NCBI GenBank assembly: GCA_963797095.1
Contig: CAWCNY010000006.1
Location: 512,001 to 576,000, forward strand
Source: an uncultured Chloroflexia bacterium
Lineage (GTDB): Bacteria; Chloroflexota; Chloroflexia; QHBQ01; JADMIH01
Length of the DNA: 64,000 nucleotides
Reading direction: 5' to 3'
The position numbers and the translations under genes were made by a program. Each line of letters opens with the position of its first letter. Position 1 is the first letter of the stretch. Below, one piece after another: positions 9,738 to 19,055 of the stretch. The notes beneath the pieces were generated by a model. It saw only the letters and a program-made list of their open reading frames with translations, was not told the origin of the DNA and did no database searches.

Positions 9738-9934
9738 ATAGCGTGCCTCCCTCTTGGGGTATCATGATACCACTGTCAATGATCTTTGTCCAATTGTCAA
9801 GTGAGCTGTCGGGCGGTGTCGTCAAGACGTGTTTCACATACAGAATCGTTTCAATATACATGAGACCTATAAGGCCGATTCCCGCGTACAGGTATCTCGT
9901 GATCCCTTTGGATGGCTTTCTACAGGGTCGTACC

Positions 9935-11119
9935 TTATCTTGTTGCTACGCTTGTGGGTTGGGTGAACTTGATCCGAAGCTCACCGTTCTCCAGCTTGGC
10001 CCCTGCCACCTTGAGCGCGGCCAGGGCGCGAGGCAAGATCAGGTTGCGCTTATAATCGCCTACCTGCACCACCAGTTCATCACCGGTCTGGAGGAGATCG
10101 ACCTGCTCTTTGCTGGCAAGGGGCAGCGGGATCTTAAGGGTGAAGTCATTCCCTGTTTGCTCGATGCTTTGTACCAGGCCGCTGAAAAATACATCAGCGG
10201 GGTCATTGTTGCCGAAAATAGCCTGGCTCATGCGCCCCAGCATTTCCACGCCCACCACCTCTTTGTCGAAGAACGGCACATCAAAGATCGGCACAGGCGT
10301 GAAGCACTCTTCAACCAGTTTGTGGTTGCGGCTCTGAATATCCCGCCACATAGTGAAGTACTGCCCATCAACCGATGGTGGGAAGAGGCGATTGCATACC
10401 ACCATATCGCACGTGTAGCCGAACAGCGAAAGGTATGTGTACGTGCGCTGGGCCTCCTTGACCACCATCTTCTCCGCGTTCAACACGATCCGTACCGAAG
10501 TCATCTTCTGGTTGGAAAGGAGGTTATGGATGCGGTCAAGTTGGGTTAGCAGTTGCTTGATCAACTCGAACACATCGTCCTGCGGCATCGGCATATCAGT
10601 TACGGCGCGAGCCAGAGGTCGTATGATCTTGGCGGCGTGCCGCTGGATCGGGAATAGTTTCTCCAGCCACCAGCGGGCGATCTCAGGGAACGAGAGAAGG
10701 CGCAGGGTGTCTCCCGTTGGCGCGCAATCCACCACAATTGCATCGTACAACCCCGAGTCGTAATGCTTCACTATCCGAACAAGCCCTGCCAGTTCTTCTG
10801 CGCCCGGCAGCACCGTCATCTCCTCGGCCACTACGTCTTCCATGCCACGCCACGAAAGAAGCTCGGTGATGTACTTCTGGAGCGTTATCCAGTGCTTGTC
10901 AACTTCGTGCAGGACCGACACCTCCTGTGCCCACAGGTTTTCCGTGACCATGGTCGGTTCGTTGCCCAGTGGCACATCGAAGGAGTTGGCCAGCGAATGG
11001 GCTGCGTCCGTGCTCATTACAAGGGTGCGGTAGCCACGATTTGCGAGGCCGAGCGCGGTGGCGGCGGAAACGCTGGTTTTGCCCACACCACCTTTGCCGG
11101 TATACAAGATGATCCTCAT
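9935..11119 (-). CDS. ArsA/Get3-family ATPase with C-terminal HSP20/alpha-crystallin-like domain
   Basis: GKGGVGKT, STDAAHSL, DCAPTG motifs; C-terminal GDELVVQVGDYKRNLILP..AKLENGELRIKF. Confidence 0.9.
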   Translation of the reverse strand: MRIILYTGKGGVGKTSVSAATALGLANRGYRTLVMSTDAAHSLANSFDVPLGNEPTMVTENLWAQEVSVLHEVDKHWITLQKYITELLSWRGMEDVVAEEMTVLPGAEELAGLVRIVKHYDSGLYDAIVVDCAPTGDTLRLLSFPEIARWWLEKLFPIQRHAAKIIRPLARAVTDMPMPQDDVFELIKQLLTQLDRIHNLLSNQKMTSVRIVLNAEKMVVKEAQRTYTYLSLFGYTCDMVVCNRLFPPSVDGQYFTMWRDIQSRNHKLVEECFTPVPIFDVPFFDKEVVGVEMLGRMSQAIFGNNDPADVFFSGLVQSIEQTGNDFTLKIPLPLASKEQVDLLQTGDELVVQVGDYKRNLILPRALAALKVAGAKLENGELRIKFTQPTSVATR

Positions 11120-11197
11120 CTCTCCTCTTTTCTCAACGAAGGGCGAACGCCGAACGGCGAAAATGAAGCTTCTTCTACGGTCGAGTCTATACAGCTA

Positions 11198-11226
11198 AGT
11201 ATAGGAACGGCACAATGGATTGTCAA
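11198..11226 (-). promoter_or_regulatory. Sigma-70 promoter of the arsA-like gene
   Basis: TTGACA-17 bp-TATACT on minus strand. Confidence 0.65.
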
Positions 11227-11382
11227 ACACCCATGTGTAGCGGCAGACCCGAAGCTGAATCACTCCTAGCGAGGGCCTTGTCCGTCTGCAAACCCCGCCT
11301 GAGATCTTAATTTTGCAGGTTCGCGCCCACACAAGCCCACACAATCTGAATTCCAAAATAGGGATGGGCCTTAGTTGGATAC

Positions 11383-11853
11383 TTACGGGGCATCGGGCGG
11401 GGTTGTAGGGCCAAGAGGAGGCGTTACATCAGGTGGCGGTAATGCATTAGTAGGCGTGCCAACCACAATGGTAATAGTAACGCTCACCGTAGGCGTGATA
11501 GACGTCTGAGTAGTGGTTATGGTCACTGATGGAGTTATAGCAGGCGCGGCAGTAGGAGCGCGCCCCGGTATAACAAGCACCTGCCCAACCTGCAACGCAT
11601 TCGGGTCAGCGATGTTGTTTGCTCTCACAATGTCATCAACCGTCACCCCGAACAGGTCCGCGATACCCGACAGCGTATCGCCCGGCTTCACCGTATAAGT
11701 AACAGGAGGCAAAGTCGGCAGAGCCTCGGGAGGAGTGGTAGGCGAAGGCACAGGTGTAACCACCAGCTTAACGGGGTCTCCCGTATCGGATGCTCCCCCG
11801 CAGGCGGTAGTAAGCGCCAACGAGAGCAGCAGAAGCACCGAAACAATAGACAT
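11383..11853 (-). CDS. LysM-domain lipoprotein, Pro/Thr-rich
   Basis: Lipobox LTTAC; YTVKPGDTLSGIADLFGVTVDDIVRANNI..LQVGQVLVIP. Confidence 0.85.
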   Translation of the reverse strand: MSIVSVLLLLSLALTTACGGASDTGDPVKLVVTPVPSPTTPPEALPTLPPVTYTVKPGDTLSGIADLFGVTVDDIVRANNIADPNALQVGQVLVIPGRAPTAAPAITPSVTITTTQTSITPTVSVTITIVVGTPTNALPPPDVTPPLGPTTPPDAP

Positions 11854-11976
11854 CGATCGGTGGATCTTGACGAAATATAACCTTCCCTCTTTATAGGGCC
11901 ACTGCCGTCGAAATGAGACGGCGCGAGCCTCTGGACTCAGTTTCGAGTTCGAGCGCATGGGTGTGTGGGTTCCGGT

Positions 11977-12612
11977 CTAGGGTTTCTTGACGATGCCGGT
12001 GTTGGGCATGCTCGGCATGCTGCCTGGATCACCCTCCTCCCCCGACGCCCCCGTATTGGGCGTGCCAGGCTCGGTAGTGGGGGCAGCCGGCGAACTGTCC
12101 GGGATCGGCAGGTAGAGCACCTGCCCAGGATAGATTATATCATCTGTGAGGTTGTTGAGGGTACGCAGCTCATCCAGGTCCACCCCGAAGCGGCGAGATA
12201 TAGCCCACAGAGTATCGCCGGACTGGATCACATAGAATGGAGTGCCCGTTTCTCCGGTTATAGTCCCGCCTTGAGCCTCGGTCGGGGCCGGAGTGCCCAC
12301 CGGCACAGGCGACGATACCGGCGGTGGCGGCACGCTGCCAATAGTAGGCGTGGGAATGCCCCCTCCGCCACCTCCACCACCCGCTGCCGACTCCGCCGGG
12401 CTGGAAGCCAGGTCGCCGTCGGTTGGGCTGGAAGGAGAAGTGCCCGTAGACTGGATGGTGTATTCAGGCGGCTGGATTCCCTGCACCTGTGCGCCACCGA
12501 AGCGGGCGCGCAACCCATCAAGGCCCATAGCGGCTACCACCAGTAGCGCGATGAGCACAACCACATATATCAGGCACCCTTTGGCGCAATTGTTGCCGAA
12601 GATCGAACGCAT
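11977..12612 (-). CDS. Membrane-anchored LysM-domain protein
   Basis: N-terminal TM; YVIQSGDTLWAISRRFGVDLDELRTLNNL..IYPGQVLYLP; C-terminal MPNTG. Confidence 0.85.
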   Translation of the reverse strand: MRSIFGNNCAKGCLIYVVVLIALLVVAAMGLDGLRARFGGAQVQGIQPPEYTIQSTGTSPSSPTDGDLASSPAESAAGGGGGGGGIPTPTIGSVPPPPVSSPVPVGTPAPTEAQGGTITGETGTPFYVIQSGDTLWAISRRFGVDLDELRTLNNLTDDIIYPGQVLYLPIPDSSPAAPTTEPGTPNTGASGEEGDPGSMPSMPNTGIVKKP

Positions 12613-12764
12613 ATAACCCTGAGCGGGAGCCGTTGCCAGGACTCCACTGCTTCAACACTAACGCACCCAGCATACCCAACATCGGTGATGTGGGGGCCAC
12701 TTTTGCACATCCAGGGCCTTGATGGCAACACGGGCTTTCCCAGGTGGTCAAGAGGTATATAATC

Positions 12765-15521
12765 ATGAATAAGATGTCCGAAAAGCACTACGCCGTGGTG
12801 ACGCTTGAGCCGCCCAACTACAATGACAGGCGCAACCCAGCCCGGCAGGTCGATAGCGAGCCTGTCCTAGATGACCCTGCGCTCGGTCTGCTCCTGCACT
12901 ATCACATCCCCGCATCACTCGCGAGCAGCGTGCAGGTCGGCCAAATGGTGATAGTGCCCCTGCGTGACAAACCAACCTATGGCGTCGTAGTGGCACTGGC
13001 GGATAGCGCACCCGTAGAGGTCACCCGTCCCATAAGCCGGGTGATAGACACTCGCCCCGTCGTGCCTCCCGCCATGATGGCTCTCGCACGCTGGATCGCC
13101 GAGCACTACCGCTGCACGCTGTGGCAGGCCCTGGCCCCCATGCTCCCGCCCGGCGTAGCGCGACGTGCCGTGACTACTTTCAGCCTCTCATCCGCCCGCG
13201 CCGGGCAAGACACCGGAGAGGCGCGCACCAAAGATGGCTTCGCCGGGAGTGCGCAATCGAGGGCACTGATGTCGGCGCTGGGCAGGCGGCAAAAGCAGGT
13301 CGTCGGCTTATTGCAGGAAGCTCCTCGCCACACAATGACCCTCAACAGGCTCAAGCGTAACTACAAGGGGGCCTCCACCAGCCTCAACTCGGCCCTGCGC
13401 GGTCTCGAACGTGAGGGCCTGGTGACGCGCCGTGTGGAGCTACCCGCGCCCCGCTCCAAGCCCCAGACCGAAAGGATCATCCGCCTATCCGTAGAGATCG
13501 ACAGAGCCCGCCAGGTAATGGGAGAGCAGTCGCACCGCGCCCCCTTGCAGGCCGCCGCCCTCGACTGGTTGGTCAAGCGGACGATGGACCTCGAACGTCG
13601 GGCGATGAATGAACGCGCTACGCCACAGGAAGATGGCGCGCATACCGAGGGCTGGCTCCCTCTGAGCGACCTTTACCTTCACACAGGCGCGACATCCGCC
13701 ACCGTGGTCGCCCTGGAGAAGAAGGGCCTGGTAGCCCTCCACGAGCGCCCGATCTTTCGCAAGCCTGTCCCCCAGCGCACGGCAAGCGGCTCCCACGACG
13801 AGCCCCCCACCCTCACCCAGGCCCAGGCCGCCGCCTGGCGGGAGCTAGCAGCCGCCCTTCGCAGCACAACCACAGATCAACCAGATCGATCGGAAGATCA
13901 CGTTTCCCCCGTCATGCGTCACGCACAAACCCCATTCGTCCTTCACGGCGTAACCGGAAGCGGCAAGACCGAAATCTACCTGCGAGCCATCGGCATGGCG
14001 CTGAGGATGGGTCGGCAAGCCATCGTGCTCGTGCCTGAGATTTCCCTCACCCCCCAGGCCGTGCATAGGTTCGCCTCGAGGTTCCCGGGCCGCGTAGCTC
14101 TCATACACAGCCAGCTTTCCGCGGGCCAGCAGTTCGATGAATGGCGTCGAATTCGCGAAGGTCAGGCCGACATAGTGGTGGGTTCGCGCTCTGCCGTCTT
14201 CGCACCTCTGCCGCGTCTGGGCCTGATCGTGGTAGATGAGGAGCACGAATGGGCCTACAAGCAGAGCGAGCACCAGCCCAGGTACCACGCGCGTGACGTG
14301 GCGCTCAAGCGCGCCCAACTGACAGGCTCCGTGGTCATACTTGGTAGCGCCACCCCTGATGTTACCACCTACCATTCGGCCCAGGTTGGCGATTTTCGCC
14401 TCCTCCCTCTCCCCTACCGGGTGGGCAGGCGTCGGGCGCAAAACGGCTCCGAACTGCTGGTAGAGCTTCCTCTCCCTCCCGTGCAGGTAGTGGACATGCG
14501 GGCTGAATTGAAGGCGGGCAACAGTATGCTTTTCAGCCGGGCGCTTGCATCGGCGCTAGATGCCACCTTGACTCGCGGTGAGCAGGCGATCCTCTACCTG
14601 AACAGGCGTGGCAGCCACAGCTTCATGCTCTGCCGCGAGTGCGGCCACGTGCCCGCGTGCAAGCGATGTGATGTGCCCCTGGTCTACCACGCCGACATAC
14701 ACGGCTTGCTCTGCCACAGGTGCAACGCCTTTTCCCTTGTGCCCAGGGAATGCCCCAAATGCGGGAGCGACAGCATACGCGGCTTCGGCTTAGGCACTCA
14801 AAAGGTGGTGGACGAAGTATCGGCGCTCTTTCCGAAGGCGCGCATCCTGAGGTGGGATCGCGATACCGCCTCGCGCCAGGGCGGGCACGCCGATTTGATG
14901 GATACTTTCGCCAGGGGCGATGCCGATGTGCTGGTGGGCACGCAGATGATCGCCAAGGGCCTGGACATTGCACGCGTAACCCTGGTGGGCGTCGTGAGCG
15001 CCGATACCGGGCTATTTATGCCCGACTTCCGGGCTCCCGAACGCGCTCTGCAATTGCTGATTCAGGTCGCGGGGCGGGCGGGCAGGCGTACCGAAAGCGC
15101 TCACAGCCGGGTAATAGTGCAGACCTTCAACCCCGACCACTACGCCGTGCAAGCAGCCGCGGCGCACGATTACATAGGCTTCTACAGGGGCGAGGTAAGG
15201 TTCAGAGCGGAACATGGCTACCCACCATTCGGCCAGCTCGCGAGATTGGTCTACAGTTCAACGAGCGACGAGAAGTGCGAGCAGACTGCGAACATAGTGG
15301 CAAGGCATCTTCGCCATCGCGCCGAACGGCTCTCAAAGGGTGGCGCGCTCGATGGCGCGATACTGGATGTGATCGGCCCGGCACCTTGCTTCGTGCACAA
15401 AATTAGGGGCAGGTACAGATGGCAAATCCTGCTGCGAGGCGATAGCCTCTCGCCGCTACTGGAAGGACTCAATCCGGGGGCGGGGTGGCTTCTTGATATC
15501 GATCCGTTGAGCGTGCTTTGA
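12765..15521 (+). CDS. priA: Primosomal protein N' (replication restart helicase)
   Basis: HGVTGSGKTE, LVPEISLTPQ, DEEHE, Cys-rich CxxC cluster, GTQMIAKGLD, QVAGRAGR; start could be 12744, 12765 or 12774. Confidence 0.95.
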   Translation: MNKMSEKHYAVVTLEPPNYNDRRNPARQVDSEPVLDDPALGLLLHYHIPASLASSVQVGQMVIVPLRDKPTYGVVVALADSAPVEVTRPISRVIDTRPVVPPAMMALARWIAEHYRCTLWQALAPMLPPGVARRAVTTFSLSSARAGQDTGEARTKDGFAGSAQSRALMSALGRRQKQVVGLLQEAPRHTMTLNRLKRNYKGASTSLNSALRGLEREGLVTRRVELPAPRSKPQTERIIRLSVEIDRARQVMGEQSHRAPLQAAALDWLVKRTMDLERRAMNERATPQEDGAHTEGWLPLSDLYLHTGATSATVVALEKKGLVALHERPIFRKPVPQRTASGSHDEPPTLTQAQAAAWRELAAALRSTTTDQPDRSEDHVSPVMRHAQTPFVLHGVTGSGKTEIYLRAIGMALRMGRQAIVLVPEISLTPQAVHRFASRFPGRVALIHSQLSAGQQFDEWRRIREGQADIVVGSRSAVFAPLPRLGLIVVDEEHEWAYKQSEHQPRYHARDVALKRAQLTGSVVILGSATPDVTTYHSAQVGDFRLLPLPYRVGRRRAQNGSELLVELPLPPVQVVDMRAELKAGNSMLFSRALASALDATLTRGEQAILYLNRRGSHSFMLCRECGHVPACKRCDVPLVYHADIHGLLCHRCNAFSLVPRECPKCGSDSIRGFGLGTQKVVDEVSALFPKARILRWDRDTASRQGGHADLMDTFARGDADVLVGTQMIAKGLDIARVTLVGVVSADTGLFMPDFRAPERALQLLIQVAGRAGRRTESAHSRVIVQTFNPDHYAVQAAAAHDYIGFYRGEVRFRAEHGYPPFGQLARLVYSSTSDEKCEQTANIVARHLRHRAERLSKGGALDGAILDVIGPAPCFVHKIRGRYRWQILLRGDSLSPLLEGLNPGAGWLLDIDPLSVL

Positions 15522-15617
15522 TTTTCCAGCCCGAAATGCGAAATGTTGGCGTGTTTGTTATGATAGAGGATATAGCTGTATATTTGCTGCTACGATAATT
15601 GTAATATGGGGAATGTT

Positions 15618-16157
15618 ATGGCGAAGTTAGGTGTTAGATACGATCCCGACCCAATTCTGAGAGAGAAAGCCAAGCGCATCAAAACCTTCGATGCCAACCT
15701 CCGAAAACTGGCATCCGATATGCTGGAGACGATGCACGCCAACGCGGGCGTAGGGCTGGCGGCCCCCCAGATCGGCCTGTCGATCCGCTTGCTGGTGGCC
15801 GAGTATGTGCCGGACAAGGACGACGCGTCCAGCGGTGAGCGCGGCTTCAAGATAGCCCTGTGCAATCCGGAGATCGTGAAGACCAGCGGCGAGACGGAGG
15901 TTGGGGTGGAAGGCTGCCTCAGCATCCCCGGCTGGTTAGGGGATGTGCCCAGGCACACATCCGTAACCGTGAAAGGCCAGACTCTCGAAGGCAAAGAGGT
16001 CCGCATCAAAGCCGACCACTACTTCGCACGAGTTCTACAGCACGAGATAGACCATTTGAACGGGGTGCTGTTTACCGACCGGGTGCTCGATATCAAGTCT
16101 CTAAGGAAGATTGACCCCCAGATGGACGAAGAGGAAAAGGAGATGTTGGAGGTTTAG
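15618..16157 (+). CDS. def: Peptide deformylase
   Basis: GVGLAAPQIG, EGCLS, QHEIDHLNG. Confidence 0.97.
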   Translation: MAKLGVRYDPDPILREKAKRIKTFDANLRKLASDMLETMHANAGVGLAAPQIGLSIRLLVAEYVPDKDDASSGERGFKIALCNPEIVKTSGETEVGVEGCLSIPGWLGDVPRHTSVTVKGQTLEGKEVRIKADHYFARVLQHEIDHLNGVLFTDRVLDIKSLRKIDPQMDEEEKEMLEV

Positions 16158-16161
16158 CAAG

Positions 16162-17430
16162 CTACGCTGCTTCAGCAACTTCCTCTCTCTTAGGCAAATA
16201 CTCTTCGGCTCTCCCTAGCGCGGTGAACGAGAAAGCAATAGGGATCGCAATCCGGATCAGCCCTATGACGAGAAAGACCAGCGCCACATCGCCCGTCCAC
16301 TCGATGGCATAACCACCCAACAGAGTGCCCAGGGGGATCGCTGACCACGCGATTACACTTGCGATACTTTTGATCCGCCCCAGCAGGTGATTTGGCACGA
16401 TTGCCTGGCGCAAACTGCCGGTATTGATGTTAAACAGGGTGCCGATCCCCGAATGGAGCGCCCACAATGGGAGGGCCAGCCAAAAATACTGCGTAAACGA
16501 TAGGAGCACGGTTACAATACCGGTACACATAAGCGCCCCGAGGGCCACACGGCTGAACGGCCAGCGTTTGCGCAATACTCCGGCGAGCAACGACAGCAAG
16601 ATTACCCCTATACTGCCTGCCGAATTCAGGATGCTCACTTCGAGGTCCGATGCCTGTAGATGGTCCTTCGCGAAGAAGATGATCTGTGCGTAGATCGTCG
16701 ATCCGAAGAAGTTGACGAGTGCCATCATCAGAGAAATGTTGCGAAGCACCGGGTGCTTGAGGACGTATTTCAGTCCCTCTACTACATCCTGCCGTATCTT
16801 TGTTTTCGGTCGTTCGGTGCTGGTATTGAAACTGCGGGCGATGAGGACGAGGGAAATGGCCGAGACCACAAACGACATTGCATCGAAGAGGATGATATCG
16901 TAGATCGGTATAAGCGAGATGAGGACGCCTGCCAGCAGCGGGCCTGCGATGCGCGCCGCCGAGTAACTGGCTTCGATGCGCCCGTTGGCCGTAACCAGGT
17001 CTTGCCGATTCTTGATCAGGCTGGGGATGACTGCAAACTCAGCCGAGTCGAAGAAGATACCCAGCGTAGCGGTAATGAACCCGACAATATATATCCACCA
17101 CACCAGTAACGACGAATCGAGGTCGAGCATCGCCAGCAAGGGTACCGTTGCCAGGATCGCAGCGCGGCCCATGTCCACAAAGATCATCAGCCGCTTCCGA
17201 TCCACGCGGTCGGCCCAGGCCCCGATAAACAGCCCAAAAAGCAAATACGGCAGCATATAAGCAGCCGACGAAATGGCGAGATTAAGAGCGGAATTAGTGA
17301 GGTGGTAGACCAGCAGCGGCAGGGCAAAACTGGAAAGAGAATCGCCCAAAGCCGAAATAGCCTGTCCCAGCCAGAACTTCCAGAAGTCGATAGAGAGTGA
17401 TCGGTCGTCAGATGATTGTGCGCTTGACAT
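16162..17430 (-). CDS. MFS transporter (DHA3/EntS-like efflux)
   Basis: GAWADRVDRKRLMI motif; about 12 TM. Confidence 0.9.
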   Translation of the reverse strand: MSSAQSSDDRSLSIDFWKFWLGQAISALGDSLSSFALPLLVYHLTNSALNLAISSAAYMLPYLLFGLFIGAWADRVDRKRLMIFVDMGRAAILATVPLLAMLDLDSSLLVWWIYIVGFITATLGIFFDSAEFAVIPSLIKNRQDLVTANGRIEASYSAARIAGPLLAGVLISLIPIYDIILFDAMSFVVSAISLVLIARSFNTSTERPKTKIRQDVVEGLKYVLKHPVLRNISLMMALVNFFGSTIYAQIIFFAKDHLQASDLEVSILNSAGSIGVILLSLLAGVLRKRWPFSRVALGALMCTGIVTVLLSFTQYFWLALPLWALHSGIGTLFNINTGSLRQAIVPNHLLGRIKSIASVIAWSAIPLGTLLGGYAIEWTGDVALVFLVIGLIRIAIPIAFSFTALGRAEEYLPKREEVAEAA

Positions 17431-17479
17431 AGTTAGATAACTATATCACAAACAATATTGCTTACCGCCTACTCCTTAT

Positions 17480-17506
17480 CTCGCCGCTCGCCGCTCGCCG
17501 CTCGCC
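17480..17506. repeat. Heptamer tandem repeat (CTCGCCG) x~4
   Basis: ctcgccg ctcgccg ctcgccg ctcgcc. Confidence 0.85.
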
Positions 17507-17519
17507 ATCACGTATCAAG

Positions 17520-18695
17520 CTAAGGATGGAAGAAGAAAGCCACAGCCAGGATCGCATAGGTAGCAAGAAGCTGGACTCCCTCAAACCAGTTGCTTTCGCC
17601 GTCGTGGGTAATAGCGTTGGCGATCAGCATAGTTACAAAGACCGCAACCACCTCAAAGGTGTTAAAGACCAGGTCAAAGGGTCTGCCGATAAAGAAGCCC
17701 AGGAGCACCAGGATAGGAGCTACGAAGAGCGCTATCTGGAGGGTTGAGCTCATAGCGATATTGAGGGCGAGGTCCATCTTATTCTTCATAGCGGCTAAAA
17801 CAGCGGCCACATTTTCGGCGGCGCTGCCGACAAGCGCCACCAGGATCACCCCGACGAACAACTCTGTAAGGCCAAGAGTCTTGGTCAGATACTCAAGCCC
17901 ATCCACAAGGAAATCGGCCATGATACCCACCAGCACAGTGGTGCTGACGAGCACGCCCAGCGAGTGGCGGATGGTCCAGGCTTGTGTATGATCTTCTTCC
18001 TCCTCAATCTCGGCGTAAAGATGCCGGTGAGTTCGGAGAAAGAACAGCGTTTGGGCCACGTACGAAGCCAGCAGTATAAGGGCTATGCCAATGCTCAACT
18101 CCTCGCGTAAATTCGTAGTCACTTCGCTGGGCGGGGTTGTGAAGACGAAAGCCGTGGGGATGACGAGAGCGGCGGTGGCTACGATCAGCTGAGTAGCCGT
18201 CGCGCCTGATGCGGTGCGGTTGAACTTCTGCTTGTCGCGACCCAGCCCACCCAGGAAGAACGAGAGGCCCAGCACGAATAGGACATTACCGATGATAGCG
18301 CCCGTAATAGAAGCGCGCACCACCTCATACAACCCCGCCTGGAGCGCGAAGAACGCGATAATCATCTCGACCGCATTGGCAAATGTGGCGTTGAGCAAGC
18401 CTCCGACACCGGGCCCTACACGTATCACGAGATTCTCGGTGGCGGTGCTGAGAATCTTGGCGAGAGGTATGATTGCCAACGCCGAGGTGACAAATAACCA
18501 CGGGCCGCCGATGTCCGCAAACTTAACGATGAGCGCTATTGGGAAGAAGATCAGCAGAGCATAAACGCCTATTTGCAGTCCTGATGACCTGTCAGGCCCT
18601 GTAAGATCAAGGCCGATCCATTCGAGTAGCCCTCGCACGCCGCCTGGCGCGGGGTCGTTTGACGCGCTCCCGGCGCGCGTATGTTCGTCTGGCAT
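17520..18695 (-). CDS. cax: Ca2+/H+ antiporter (CaCA family)
   Basis: GGLLNATFANAVE and GSAAE alpha repeats; DGESNWFEG. Confidence 0.9.
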   Translation of the reverse strand: MPDEHTRAGSASNDPAPGGVRGLLEWIGLDLTGPDRSSGLQIGVYALLIFFPIALIVKFADIGGPWLFVTSALAIIPLAKILSTATENLVIRVGPGVGGLLNATFANAVEMIIAFFALQAGLYEVVRASITGAIIGNVLFVLGLSFFLGGLGRDKQKFNRTASGATATQLIVATAALVIPTAFVFTTPPSEVTTNLREELSIGIALILLASYVAQTLFFLRTHRHLYAEIEEEEDHTQAWTIRHSLGVLVSTTVLVGIMADFLVDGLEYLTKTLGLTELFVGVILVALVGSAAENVAAVLAAMKNKMDLALNIAMSSTLQIALFVAPILVLLGFFIGRPFDLVFNTFEVVAVFVTMLIANAITHDGESNWFEGVQLLATYAILAVAFFFHP

Positions 18696-18811
18696 CCCAT
18701 CCCTCCCGAAGAAATCACTGATGCCTATTCTAATACGGGCACGACCTTGATCAGGTTGCTATTCACATTTTGCGGAGCCTTCTTTCGCACTCCCCACAAA
18801 AACTGTACCAG

Positions 18812-18876
18812 AGTACACCCCAAAACCTGTCCCATTTTGTCCCACCAATGCCATTAAGTTAACGAGGGCAAGAATA
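18812..18876 (+). repeat. Dispersed 65-bp intergenic repeat, copy 1
   Basis: 59/65 identical to the reverse complement of 33428-33492. Confidence 0.9.
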
Positions 18877-19055
18877 ATCATATTCCAACCAACCCCTCAA
18901 AATCCCGATCACCGCCTGTACTTAAGTACACATACTTCCCGCTGGCGCGCGGCATGAAGGAGAAGAACCATATCCATAGCGAGTCGTAGCGACTTTAGAA
19001 TAAGGCGTTGGAGTTATCAACCTTTCTTGTTTGCCTGTGACGCATCTGCTAAGAT

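Noticed and set aside
9935-11119. Arsenite-resistance ArsA
   Set aside because: Single ATPase domain with HSP20-like tail and no arsB/acr3/arsC/arsD/arsR neighbours
11180-11200. HAIR or CIRCE operator upstream of the arsA-like gene
   Set aside because: Only one half-site (ACTCGAC) resembles HAIR; the other half matches poorly
11325-11344. GCCCACACAA x2 as a third copy of the 65-bp dispersed repeat
   Set aside because: Shares only 10-bp dyad spacing; flanks do not align
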